From a virus (lineage: Duplodnaviria > Heunggongvirae > Uroviricota > Caudoviricetes): a stretch of 64,000 bases of DNA. Under the pieces are notes generated by a model that was given only the letters and a program-made list of their open reading frames with translations, did not search any database and was not told the DNA's origin. The stretch lies in IMG/VR virus record IMGVR_UViG_3300001605_000025, positions 1 to 64,000 of that record. One strand, 5' to 3'. The position numbers were made by a program, and so were the translations under genes. This document shows positions 54,671 to 63,622 of this stretch, piece by piece (the first letter of the stretch is position 1; each line of letters begins with the position of its first letter).

Positions 54671-55161
54671 TTATTATCATCCACCTTCGTTAACGTTGTA
54701 GTTATCGGGTTCTTTATTTCATTCGCTAACGCCCATTGTCTTGGATCATTCCACGGTTCGGGTTGGAATCCAACACCTGTTTCTTTCTTAAACTGATTAT
54801 CAGTAACGTATACAATTAAGAACCAGAGCATCCATCCTATACGTGCACGAAGTTCAGGAATTGCAACATACATCCATACGAAGTGATCAATTATAGGTCC
54901 AAAGATACTCTTTAACGTCTCATCAGTTTCATGTGACATGTAGTATTGTCTAAACATAAGCATTACGTGGTTGTTGGAGTTCCGCCAAATTGGATTACTA
55001 GGATTCCAGAGTTCAGGATCCAATTCCAGACTACCGATCACAATTGACATTCCTCTTAGTCTATCCAAAATAATAGGATCTATCGTCAACTTTCCATCTC
55101 CGTGTATCTGATATTCATTCTTATCTGTTACAGTTGCAGTCGCACTACCTTGTTGTTTCAT
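54667..55161 (-). CDS. hypothetical protein (Trp-rich)
   Basis: 164-aa ORF coupled between dcd and the next gene. Confidence 0.45.
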   Translation of the reverse strand: MKQQGSATATVTDKNEYQIHGDGKLTIDPIILDRLRGMSIVIGSLELDPELWNPSNPIWRNSNNHVMLMFRQYYMSHETDETLKSIFGPIIDHFVWMYVAIPELRARIGWMLWFLIVYVTDNQFKKETGVGFQPEPWNDPRQWALANEIKNPITTTLTKVDDNK

Positions 55162-55835
55162 CCTTTACCACCATGCATCATATCCCATAATTGACCACGA
55201 CCTGCAGGATACCAATGTTCTGGATAGAATGCCTTCAGTCCTAGACGTGATAACTCATCTCTTTTATACATATCTTTATGAACGTTCAGTCTCTCAATAA
55301 CAAAATTAACAGATCGTTCAATACCTTCATCAGTTTCGTACATATGAATTCCATAGTCCCAGAACTTGGTAATATATTCGATACGATCCATTCGTTTCTC
55401 ATGTGTCAGATATAGTGCACGTTCCTCCTTAAGTATCGTTAAACGTTTAGACTTATCGGTAGTACTCCATTCAGTATACCGTTCTATCAGTCTCCACATT
55501 AGATATCCGAATCGTTCATAGTACATATCATCATTTCGATGAAGAACCACTAGAAATGCTCCTAACCGGTGTATTGCAAGTCTATTCAACCACGAACATC
55601 CTTTTAACAATTTGGGTATCTCACGAACATACTCATCAAATAGTACCATGGTTAACTTCATACTGTCAGTTATAAACTCACCACTATCAACTCGTAACCA
55701 CTCAGGTCTTAATATCAATCCTTTCAGTAGATTAATATTATTACCGTTCATGATCACATCAAGAATCAGTGGTTTGTCTTTCGCATGGAACTCGGCTCCA
55801 TGTCCATCATCATACCATAAACTAGGAACTCTCAT
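55158..55835 (-). CDS. hypothetical protein
   Basis: 225-aa ORF with 4-nt overlap coupling. Confidence 0.45.
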   Translation of the reverse strand: MRVPSLWYDDGHGAEFHAKDKPLILDVIMNGNNINLLKGLILRPEWLRVDSGEFITDSMKLTMVLFDEYVREIPKLLKGCSWLNRLAIHRLGAFLVVLHRNDDMYYERFGYLMWRLIERYTEWSTTDKSKRLTILKEERALYLTHEKRMDRIEYITKFWDYGIHMYETDEGIERSVNFVIERLNVHKDMYKRDELSRLGLKAFYPEHWYPAGRGQLWDMMHGGKG

Positions 55836-56208
55836 TGAACACCTGTGTCTGTACTCTTTCTAGTGGAATTGTACCAATATCTTTAACACCATATTCAACC
55901 GACGTAGCTGTAAGTGCCTGTCGGTTACCATACGAAAAATATACATAGTATAGTCCGATAGAGGATCCTTTAGGAAGTGTCACACTGAATGATCCATCAC
56001 CGGTTGTACTAGTATTGGCGACATCTTTAGAACTTTCATTTTTCACGGTAACTACTATAGCTGCTTGTGGAAGACCATCTACTGTGGCCTTACCTTGAAT
56101 TTTAATATAGTCAGGAGTCGGAGTTGGTGTAGGTGTTGGTACAATAACCAATACTAGGAGTATAGCCACGAGTATCATGACTGTCCATACTATCTGTTTC
56201 AGATCCAT
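55822..56208 (-). CDS. membrane-anchored protein with (TP)4 linker and carboxypeptidase-regulatory-like beta-sandwich
   Basis: Trimmed to Met45, 15 nt after the polB stop. TM VWTVMILVAILLVLVIV, then PTPTPTPTP, then GKATVDGLPQAAIVVTVKN...GDGSFSVTLPKGS. Confidence 0.5.
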   Translation of the reverse strand: MDLKQIVWTVMILVAILLVLVIVPTPTPTPTPDYIKIQGKATVDGLPQAAIVVTVKNESSKDVANTSTTGDGSFSVTLPKGSSIGLYYVYFSYGNRQALTATSVEYGVKDIGTIPLERVQTQVFNESS

Positions 56209-56222
56209 TTGATCACATCCAA

Positions 56223-58508
56223 TTAGAACCATTTTGTTAGTCCGGTTTGTCCATTGATTTCTGTATCCCAATTCAATCCGATAGATTCCATTAAAGACTC
56301 CATCTTCATCTGAACTGTCTTCAGTCCCATTTTTTGCCAATCAACCGTAACACGAGATAATAGATCAGCGTCAGGATAATCAGTATCGATACATATAACG
56401 TCAACGGGACTAATGCAATATAATAACTTAGGCTTCTTGTCTGCCCTGAACTTAATTCCAAGAAGTTTCCGTCCATTCTCTTTACCTCGAATCCAAGGGC
56501 TTGAACCTCTCTCTTCGTGTGAACGATTCTTTGTAATACCCTTAGGTATCGCTACAAGTTGACAACCAACTCTACCGTTCAATATATTATAGTAAGTTTC
56601 TCTTATTAAACGTACTGCTGTTTCGGGATCATTGTTAACGAGAACGTTCTCGAAGAATTGTTTCATCAACGTTCTCGATATCTCGGCAGTATCCGATCGT
56701 TTGACTTCAAGCCCAGTATAGTTAACCTTTGGTGGTAGTTTTGTAAGGTCTTGTCCATCCTTCCAAATAAGAACACCGGCATAACGTTTCTTCGCAGCGA
56801 CGTCCTTGTCCGACCGTTTCTTAAACATAAGTGTGCGGTATATCTTCTCCAGTTTAAGCGTAGGAGCAAGATGGTCGGCGATATTGACGGATCGTGCCCA
56901 ATCCAAGAGATAAGTATTGAGTTCCGTCTGGATGCGCAAACCTTCTTCTGGTGTCTTAACTGGCTTGATAAACGTACTGTCCGTATCCCCATAGACGATA
57001 GTATAACCCAACTCTCTGATGCGTTTATGTAGTTCTCTGGAGATCTCGCGACCCTTTCCAGTAATAAACGCTGCGATTTCGGGTTTATGGAGTCTGGCTC
57101 CAGAAAAAGCCAAATATCCGTAGAACGCGTTGATGACATATTTCAAACTCTGTTCACTAGTTAACATAGCCTTTGAGGCTTTACCTTCCATTTTCAATCG
57201 TCTCATCACATCTCTAGCTTCCATCAATTCAACGATGATCTTAGGTATCATCTTAAGTCTGTCCGGACTCAGATTAAACGCTAAGATAATTGATGGGTAT
57301 AGAGCTTTCAAATCAGTAGTACCAACGTTCTCGTGAACACCAAACTCCGGTTGTAAGACTAACGCTCCTTCATAATCAACCGATACCACATCATGTCGCT
57401 TAGTCGGTAGAGGCATAACCTCACCAGCTAATACGACCTTATGCATGATATAGTATTCGATAATCTTTGCACGTTGATAGCAATCGGTAATCTTGATACC
57501 GACCATCCTACGGAGAGACTCGTAGAACTCTATAAGTCCAGTTTCAGCATCGATCTTCTGTAACGCAATAACATCATTCTTTCCGTACTGTATAAGTTCC
57601 TTCCAACGCTTCTCTTGGATCAAGGTACGGATATGATCTCCGTGGTCTTCGTACGTGAACTGTGCCTCGTGCCGTGCCACAAACTTTAAGTCGTAAGTTG
57701 GTAAACCACCCTTTGGCTTGCTCCAGTCCTTGTAGAATTTCAGCATATCGAAGAGTTCCCGTCCTTGCCATCTCTCCTCGTCTGGGTACGTCGTAGGCCA
57801 CCTCGATAACTTCGAAACATTGACCTTGAGCATCCTTGCTCTTCTTATGATATACGGAATATCGAACTTTTCGCTGTACCAACCGCACATCAGATCCGGA
57901 TCTGTTCTCCAAACGAACTCTACAAATGCTGTGAGTAATTCCTGTTCCGTATCGAACGACTCTTGGTCTGGGTCGATCAACTCTCCGTTCAGTGTAAACA
58001 CTTTGCACTCTGATGTGTAAGAATCTAGGACCTGTATCTGACAGATTGGCCATTTGCATTCCTCCGGTAGTGGCATTTCATCAACTGGACTATCAACTTC
58101 AATATCGAAAAAGCAGCATCTCGGTTTCAACATCGGAACGTCTATTGGGTGTCCCAGTTCATCGAACCCATACATGATTCCGTGATCGATTAGGTAACGC
58201 ATATCGTAAACGATATCCGCTTCGCACGTAAACGGAAAGAGATCACGTACCTTCGGAACGTCACTCGGTAATCTTGTGAAACATCGTGTAACGTTTCGCC
58301 CAAAAGCATCAATGTAACCAGGTTCCGTTCTAGTGATAAAAGGAGTTGACGGAATGTACGACCCTCCTCCGTAAAAGTAAGGTTCTTGATTTCCAAACCC
58401 CATAACTTTGACTTCTTCCGGTTTATCATAATTCCGACCTATCAATACCGTTATTGGTTTCCCGTTATGCATTGTCCAGAACGATTGTTCCCAAACGTAC
58501 CGACTCAT
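56223..58508 (-). CDS. polB: family B DNA polymerase
   Basis: Exo I FFDIEV, pol motif A DLKALYPSII, motif B KYVINAFYGYLAF, motif C YGDTDS. 761 aa. Confidence 0.92.
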   Translation of the reverse strand: MSRYVWEQSFWTMHNGKPITVLIGRNYDKPEEVKVMGFGNQEPYFYGGGSYIPSTPFITRTEPGYIDAFGRNVTRCFTRLPSDVPKVRDLFPFTCEADIVYDMRYLIDHGIMYGFDELGHPIDVPMLKPRCCFFDIEVDSPVDEMPLPEECKWPICQIQVLDSYTSECKVFTLNGELIDPDQESFDTEQELLTAFVEFVWRTDPDLMCGWYSEKFDIPYIIRRARMLKVNVSKLSRWPTTYPDEERWQGRELFDMLKFYKDWSKPKGGLPTYDLKFVARHEAQFTYEDHGDHIRTLIQEKRWKELIQYGKNDVIALQKIDAETGLIEFYESLRRMVGIKITDCYQRAKIIEYYIMHKVVLAGEVMPLPTKRHDVVSVDYEGALVLQPEFGVHENVGTTDLKALYPSIILAFNLSPDRLKMIPKIIVELMEARDVMRRLKMEGKASKAMLTSEQSLKYVINAFYGYLAFSGARLHKPEIAAFITGKGREISRELHKRIRELGYTIVYGDTDSTFIKPVKTPEEGLRIQTELNTYLLDWARSVNIADHLAPTLKLEKIYRTLMFKKRSDKDVAAKKRYAGVLIWKDGQDLTKLPPKVNYTGLEVKRSDTAEISRTLMKQFFENVLVNNDPETAVRLIRETYYNILNGRVGCQLVAIPKGITKNRSHEERGSSPWIRGKENGRKLLGIKFRADKKPKLLYCISPVDVICIDTDYPDADLLSRVTVDWQKMGLKTVQMKMESLMESIGLNWDTEINGQTGLTKWF

Positions 58509-58511
58509 AGT

Positions 58512-59105
58512 TTATCCTCTGTGTAACCATCCTGGAAGTCCACCATGCACATTGAACCGATTAGATGCAATCACATCAGACCAGTCACCTGGATGCATAA
58601 TGATACAACCTCTCGGTGCAGACGCATGTACAAGTACACGTATACTTTGTCTACCATCATCTAAACCTAGATCCCAACTCATTGAATGTGTTTCAGGTAC
58701 AGAATCAACTTGCTGACCATATAGATGTAACCGATCGATAAGTAGATATACTGCTCGTCCAACGGCACACCTTATCATATCGAATCTCGAATTTTTAATT
58801 GTATCGTTATCTATAGCAAGCTGAACCCCAACAGGTAAGTATAACGTTACGACGACACGTAAATGATTATCTGAGTACGCACGAATCTTTAGATGTTCCA
58901 TAATACGTTCTACACGTGGACTAGTCCTAGCTAGTTTAACTAACTCTTCATAAACTGCACATTCTACATCTGGTTTTCTTGAACCGTTCTTTAGTTGCTT
59001 AAACGTAAGCGTAAGATGTGCTAAAGCTTCAAGTACGTCAGTAGGATTCTCATCTCTAAACAATGCAAATATCCTATCAGCTATATACTGCTGTCTAGTG
59101 TTCAT
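58512..59105 (-). CDS. hypothetical protein
   Basis: 197-aa ORF directly downstream-coupled to polB. Confidence 0.45.
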   Translation of the reverse strand: MNTRQQYIADRIFALFRDENPTDVLEALAHLTLTFKQLKNGSRKPDVECAVYEELVKLARTSPRVERIMEHLKIRAYSDNHLRVVVTLYLPVGVQLAIDNDTIKNSRFDMIRCAVGRAVYLLIDRLHLYGQQVDSVPETHSMSWDLGLDDGRQSIRVLVHASAPRGCIIMHPGDWSDVIASNRFNVHGGLPGWLHRG

Positions 59106-59108
59106 AAA

Positions 59109-59303
59109 TCACCACAAACCTTGAGTATACAGTTGTTCGTAAATCTCGTTAATCCGATCTCCAATTTCATCCCAACGTGCACACTCATTATCAGACAGTA
59201 CACATCCACTAGCTTCCATTGCTTGAAACCTATTCCACTGGACAACAAGTTTAGCTTGTTCAGCTTTCATAGCTTTAGCTTGTTCCCTAGTAATGTTTAC
59301 CAT
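59109..59303 (-). CDS. hypothetical protein
   Basis: 64-aa ORF. Confidence 0.4.
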   Translation of the reverse strand: MVNITREQAKAMKAEQAKLVVQWNRFQAMEASGCVLSDNECARWDEIGDRINEIYEQLYTQGLW

Positions 59304-59305
59304 AT

Positions 59306-59569
59306 CTAGCTCCGTACGTAGAATCCAGGATCATTCTCTACAATGTACAATCTTCGTTCATGCTTCAATGGAACATGTGTCGGTCTCATAATTATAGTCC
59401 CATCTTCTTTCAGATAGTAATAATCATTCTCCGAAACAGGTCTCATATGTACAGCCCTACATTTTTTACATCCATAGTGTGATACAAGAATCCATCCATA
59501 GCTAGAACGTTCCGTATACCAGACACCTAAAAATGTTATGTCATCAGATCCACACGTTGGACATTTCAT
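59306..59569 (-). CDS. zinc-ribbon protein
   Basis: CPTCGS...CKKC. 87 aa. Confidence 0.45.
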   Translation of the reverse strand: MKCPTCGSDDITFLGVWYTERSSYGWILVSHYGCKKCRAVHMRPVSENDYYYLKEDGTIIMRPTHVPLKHERRLYIVENDPGFYVRS

Positions 59570-59657
59570 ACTTTCACCTTTTGTTTACGTTCCTTATTTG
59601 CCCTTCGTTTCGCATCCTTCTTATCATGCGACCGTCCTCGTGGTAACATTCTAACCA

Positions 59658-60494
59658 TTAGTCCACCATTGATCGCTTTGGTAGTTCAGACTCAGCAAAG
59701 ATCATCTGACCGTCAGCTTGTGTAAACGCATCCAGGAACTGAATATTCTTCACGATATCGTACATCATCACCTTATCATCAAGTCCAGAGTTATCAGATC
59801 CATCCCAACTAATCGGTAACCGTGATGTAACTTTCCGTCCGTCCATCTTAACGTTCCGTGTTATCTGCCACTGCTGTTTCAAATCGACTTCGTTAATAGC
59901 AGCACTAACACACAAGCTACTATCAATACTATTAAACCGACCAGCCATATTATATATTTCAAGCAGGTTATCCCATCCAAACGCGTGGACGTAACGATCT
60001 TGAGGAAGGTCCAAAAACTTATGCAAGCTACCACGATCGAAACCAAGACGGTAACTAAAGATACTGATTCCGAGAGCGACATCTCTATACTTCCGTATCA
60101 TATTCCACTGTTCTAGCATCTCGTTAGGTCTTTCGTGAAGAATACACATCAGATTAATATTATCATCCAGAAGACCTTCAGACTGGTACTCCTCCAGAAT
60201 ATCAATAGTCATCCGACCAGTTTCAATTCCATCCGTCAGTTTCTCAGGTCCAACAACGAACACCTGATCGGCATCAAGTTGTCTAGCCATGACCATCATA
60301 TGTTCAAAATCAGTAGCCTTTACATCTTCATATAATGCATTATCTAGAACTACGGTATCCCATTTCCGTCCGAGATAGAAGTCTCGATAGGCTTTAATCT
60401 TCCAGTACTGTGATAGAATAAAAACATTAGTTGTTCCTGCAACATCTAACGTCTCCAGGTATCCAATCGGAACGATCGGCATATAGTTAACCAT
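59658..60494 (-). CDS. TGT-fold / DpdA-like DNA guanine transglycosylase candidate
   Basis: 278 aa. VVLDNALYE and YVHAFGWDNLLEIYNMAGRFNSIDSS resemble the TGT-family patterns (hhDSGgf; hLFG.G.P.....G.D.FDS). The genome also carries folE2-queE-queD. Not verified by search. Confidence 0.45.
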   Translation of the reverse strand: MVNYMPIVPIGYLETLDVAGTTNVFILSQYWKIKAYRDFYLGRKWDTVVLDNALYEDVKATDFEHMMVMARQLDADQVFVVGPEKLTDGIETGRMTIDILEEYQSEGLLDDNINLMCILHERPNEMLEQWNMIRKYRDVALGISIFSYRLGFDRGSLHKFLDLPQDRYVHAFGWDNLLEIYNMAGRFNSIDSSLCVSAAINEVDLKQQWQITRNVKMDGRKVTSRLPISWDGSDNSGLDDKVMMYDIVKNIQFLDAFTQADGQMIFAESELPKRSMVD

Positions 60495-60897
60495 TCAGTT
60501 CATCTCCTTTAACAATAATAGTAGATGATGTTCCCGTTAACGCTGTTCGTTTCTTTGGACTAATCGGTTGTAAGCTAGTTACATGATCCGATAACATTGA
60601 TATGTCCGAATCCGTACCGATTACCGGAGCATGTTCCACTGATGGTTGTGTAGCATCATCCAGTAACGATAATGCTAGTGCGCAATAATTCGCAGTATCG
60701 ATCAGTTCATCACGAAGCTTAGAACTCGATACAGAGTACCGCGCTCGTGTAGCCTTAATCGTGATCTGGACTAACCAATCTTCAAGTCCATGTAATGCAA
60801 TAACATCAGTCGTATATCCAGGACCAGCAGACGTAAGTCTGTCAATCATATGTTCTAACTGTTTAATAGCTTTCTTCGTTCTTTCATCAGCAGTCAT
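60487..60897 (-). CDS. hypothetical all-alpha protein, possibly MazG-fold/DUF1599-like
   Basis: KATRARY...LRDELIDTANYCALALSLL resembles the K..R...E..D...D..NYA..AL pattern of DUF1599. Tentative. Confidence 0.3.
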   Translation of the reverse strand: MTADERTKKAIKQLEHMIDRLTSAGPGYTTDVIALHGLEDWLVQITIKATRARYSVSSSKLRDELIDTANYCALALSLLDDATQPSVEHAPVIGTDSDISMLSDHVTSLQPISPKKRTALTGTSSTIIVKGDELNG

Positions 60898-60991
60898 TCA
60901 CTTACCTCGTTTTACACATTCACAGATAACACGTTTCATATCTCCGTACTTCGGACTATGAAGTTCAACTCTCACTCCAGTTCCTCCGCAT

Positions 60992-61189
60992 TTAGGACAA
61001 ATCCATTTTCTCATCATCATACCTTACAGGCATAAACATTGCTTTGGCTCCGTCGAAGATAATACACTTCTGTCGTTGAGCAACACCGATATCCATGTAT
61101 CTCTCATTCGACCTATCAATTATGATAGTACATGCGTACTCCTCACACTCTGTACAAATGTATGCAGTCTTAACGTTCTCGGATTTCAT
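60992..61189 (-). CDS. small Cys-containing protein
   Basis: 65-aa ORF containing CTECEEYAC. Confidence 0.4.
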   Translation of the reverse strand: MKSENVKTAYICTECEEYACTIIIDRSNERYMDIGVAQRQKCIIFDGAKAMFMPVRYDDEKMDLS

Positions 61190-61969
61190 TCAGTTCACCT
61201 TAATCTTAGATGTGTCACGGAGATGCTTAACGATCGAATCCCATGTTGGATTCGTCAGTGGTGTGTGAGTCCCGCCAAACCGATCACCCTTAAAGATCAC
61301 TTGTCTAGTCAGTCCGTCATACTTCATTTCCAGTATAACATCAAACCAGTAGTCAGTTTTCTTCTGCCACTTAGCCTTATCGTATCCAAGATCAGCACCA
61401 CGGTCACCAACAGCAGCCTCTGCACGGAAACACCCGATAACATTCCACTGGGAGTGAAGCATCATCATGATAAACTCGTTATACCGTTTATTGGCGTGTC
61501 CCCAAGCTAACCGTCCAGGATCTGTAAAGTTCGATTCGTCCTTCCATGTTCCTAACCAATCCCATATATCAGATCCACTATCGATCACGATAGTTCCGAT
61601 TGGACCCTTATAGTCAGCGATAAAGTCAGTCAGAACATCCATCGCCTCATATGCAGCGTCTAAGCTCTTTACAACGTCAACTTTATGGAGCTTCTTATCA
61701 GCTTCATAAAGTACCTGGGCAACGTGAATCTGTTCCTGAACATCTTTTGGAAACTGTAAACGATTCAGTGACCAAGATCCTTCAGTATCTATCCCATAGA
61801 TAGGTTTAGGAGCTGTCATCGCTAGATGTGTCTTCCCGACTTTCGCACGTCCCCAACACGCTATCTTGAGACCCGAAACGTGTTCTAGTTCCACAGAAGG
61901 CTTAAAGATCTCCTTAATATTCCGTGGAACACGTTCTGGTTCGTCCTTAATCTTCTTTCCGAGTGCCAT
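61190..61969 (-). CDS. RecA-fold P-loop ATPase (AAA_24 / Sak4-like)
   Basis: KIACWGRAKVGKTHLAMTAPKPIYGIDTEG is a Walker A followed by the iDtE pattern of the phage Sak4-like family. Confidence 0.6.
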   Translation of the reverse strand: MALGKKIKDEPERVPRNIKEIFKPSVELEHVSGLKIACWGRAKVGKTHLAMTAPKPIYGIDTEGSWSLNRLQFPKDVQEQIHVAQVLYEADKKLHKVDVVKSLDAAYEAMDVLTDFIADYKGPIGTIVIDSGSDIWDWLGTWKDESNFTDPGRLAWGHANKRYNEFIMMMLHSQWNVIGCFRAEAAVGDRGADLGYDKAKWQKKTDYWFDVILEMKYDGLTRQVIFKGDRFGGTHTPLTNPTWDSIVKHLRDTSKIKVN

Positions 61970-61972
61970 ATG

Positions 61973-63496
61973 TTACCCCGTTAAAAAAGTATAGTGTTCA
62001 ATATCCTTTAACATTGTTCCACGATCAGCTTCAAACATTGGAACAAACTTGAATACTGCATCGCTGTATCCACTAATCGGACATGTTAACGGATCCGACT
62101 CTGGAATCTTAAGTAGTCCGTAAGACGATACATCGAAACTATACAGTCTACAGTTCGGATTGACTTTCATCCTGTACTGTTTAAGCACATCCTGAACGTC
62201 ACTACCGTACCCGTAGCTATTATAGCACTGCATATCGGAGAACAAGAAGATCCGATCGTAGAACTGGTTCTTCGATAATATATCAGTTATTGCTAACCAA
62301 GCATTAGTAGAATGACCAACGTCAGTAGTAGCAACTTTCTGCATATTAGTAAGAATGCTGTCACGTTTAGATAACGGTACAGTCTTGTAAGTTTGTCCGA
62401 ACGCACCAACTGTTGCCTCCTCACATACATGTAACGAGATTGCACTGAACAGTGATGCGATATCAATGCACTGAACAGTACTCTTATCGGAAACGTCTGA
62501 ATGCATCGATCCACTGTTATCAGACGCAATAAATGTCTTGCCTGATATCCGTGGAACATTCTCAACGGATATAGTCATTGCATCGTTTATCGCATCCAGA
62601 ACTTTTGTAGGTCCACCTACCTCACGGTAAGCACTGAAGAACCTATAGGGGAACTGTTTACTTTTCCGTACAGCAACAGGATCCGTTAACCGCTTCAGAT
62701 AAAGATTCATATCAACATCATGCTTCTGGAAGTTTCTTAAGTTCCTCAGTAGCGCCATGTAGCCCATCTTTGGAATTACTTCCTCCCATGTCCTCTTAGA
62801 AGCACCGTTCTTCGAAATGTGAGTCTCCCAAGTAAACGGAGTCTCCAATGTTCCGTTGATAATCTTATCATACAGTACCTGTTGTTCTGCAGATTTCGGT
62901 TTCGGATGTGTCAGGAAGATAACATCTTTCAGTGTTACCTTTCCTTCACGATTATACTTCGCCAGCTGGTATTCATCAAACTGGTTTAACGCATCACTAA
63001 TACCCTTCTTTAGCATTCCAGGTATCGGAGCGAATGTCTTCGGTACATACTTCTTACCTTGAGCTTCAAGTGAGGCTTTCCGTTTCGCTTCTACTTCTGG
63101 GTTAATAGGTGACGACGCTAAAAAGTATGCTATCGCTTCTGCGGGTTCGTCAGCTCTCCGAAGAATACTTGAAACATATTTATACGCACCTTCCAGTTTA
63201 GTTCCAGCCTTAGCATACTCAACTAATAGAAACACAGGAACAGTTCTCAAGTACATTTCGTTCCGTGCATATGCCGCCAACTTCGGTACGTACTCAGGAT
63301 CGTTTACACTGATCCGTTTAACAAGATTCAGTATAGCATCGCTAGTCTGTTTCTCCTTCGTATAGTATGAGTCTCCAGACATCATAAACGACATCGTGTG
63401 GAGCATCAATGCTAACTTGTCAGAAGGCTTATACGCTTCCGCCCCCTCATAGTTAACGGGTTTCGTTCCGTTTGGTTTTGCATTAAATCTCGCCAT
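61973..63496 (-). CDS. rsr: Ro60-related TROVE domain protein with C-terminal vWA/MIDAS
   Basis: NYEGAEAY, GDSYYTKE, AAYARNEMYLRTVPVFLL, YMALLRNLRN, KQFPYRFFSAY, MIDAS FIASDNSGSM and DRIFLFSDMQ are collinear by eye with human Ro60 (LTALLRNLGKM, RIHPFHIL, LLAVDVSASM, DVFIVFTDNE). Confidence 0.85.
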   Translation of the reverse strand: MARFNAKPNGTKPVNYEGAEAYKPSDKLALMLHTMSFMMSGDSYYTKEKQTSDAILNLVKRISVNDPEYVPKLAAYARNEMYLRTVPVFLLVEYAKAGTKLEGAYKYVSSILRRADEPAEAIAYFLASSPINPEVEAKRKASLEAQGKKYVPKTFAPIPGMLKKGISDALNQFDEYQLAKYNREGKVTLKDVIFLTHPKPKSAEQQVLYDKIINGTLETPFTWETHISKNGASKRTWEEVIPKMGYMALLRNLRNFQKHDVDMNLYLKRLTDPVAVRKSKQFPYRFFSAYREVGGPTKVLDAINDAMTISVENVPRISGKTFIASDNSGSMHSDVSDKSTVQCIDIASLFSAISLHVCEEATVGAFGQTYKTVPLSKRDSILTNMQKVATTDVGHSTNAWLAITDILSKNQFYDRIFLFSDMQCYNSYGYGSDVQDVLKQYRMKVNPNCRLYSFDVSSYGLLKIPESDPLTCPISGYSDAVFKFVPMFEADRGTMLKDIEHYTFLTG

Positions 63497-63538
63497 AACA
63501 CTTCTCCAGTATTAGGTATTCGGACTTCGGTACTTAAC

Positions 63539-63619
63539 GGTAACGGGTGGGAGTTGAACCCACACTGACTATCATCGTACTTGTCAGCTCCACCATGTAC
63601 GACAGGGCAATTCCGTTAC
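63539..63619 (-). ncRNA. tRNA-like element A (no canonical anticodon loop)
   Basis: Perfect 7-bp acceptor stem GTAACGG/CCGTTAC and canonical T arm GTGGG-TTCAACT-CCCAC. The middle folds instead as CTGAC-13 nt-GTCAG or TCGTAC-16 nt-GTACGA. There are 4 nt, not 2, between the acceptor and a D-like stem. Confidence 0.45.
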
Positions 63620-63622
63620 CAA

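Noticed and set aside
56209-56340. N-terminal 44-aa extension of ORF 55822..56340, overlapping the polB C-terminus
   Set aside because: The internal Met at 56208 lies just after the polB stop and begins directly with the TM helix. The extension is probably not translated.
63515-63523. GUCCGAA on the minus strand, resembling the conserved 5' GGUCCGA of metazoan Y RNAs
   Set aside because: It is a single 7-mer match. The complementary UGACUA-type strand lies in the wrong order for a Y-RNA stem, so it is likely coincidence.
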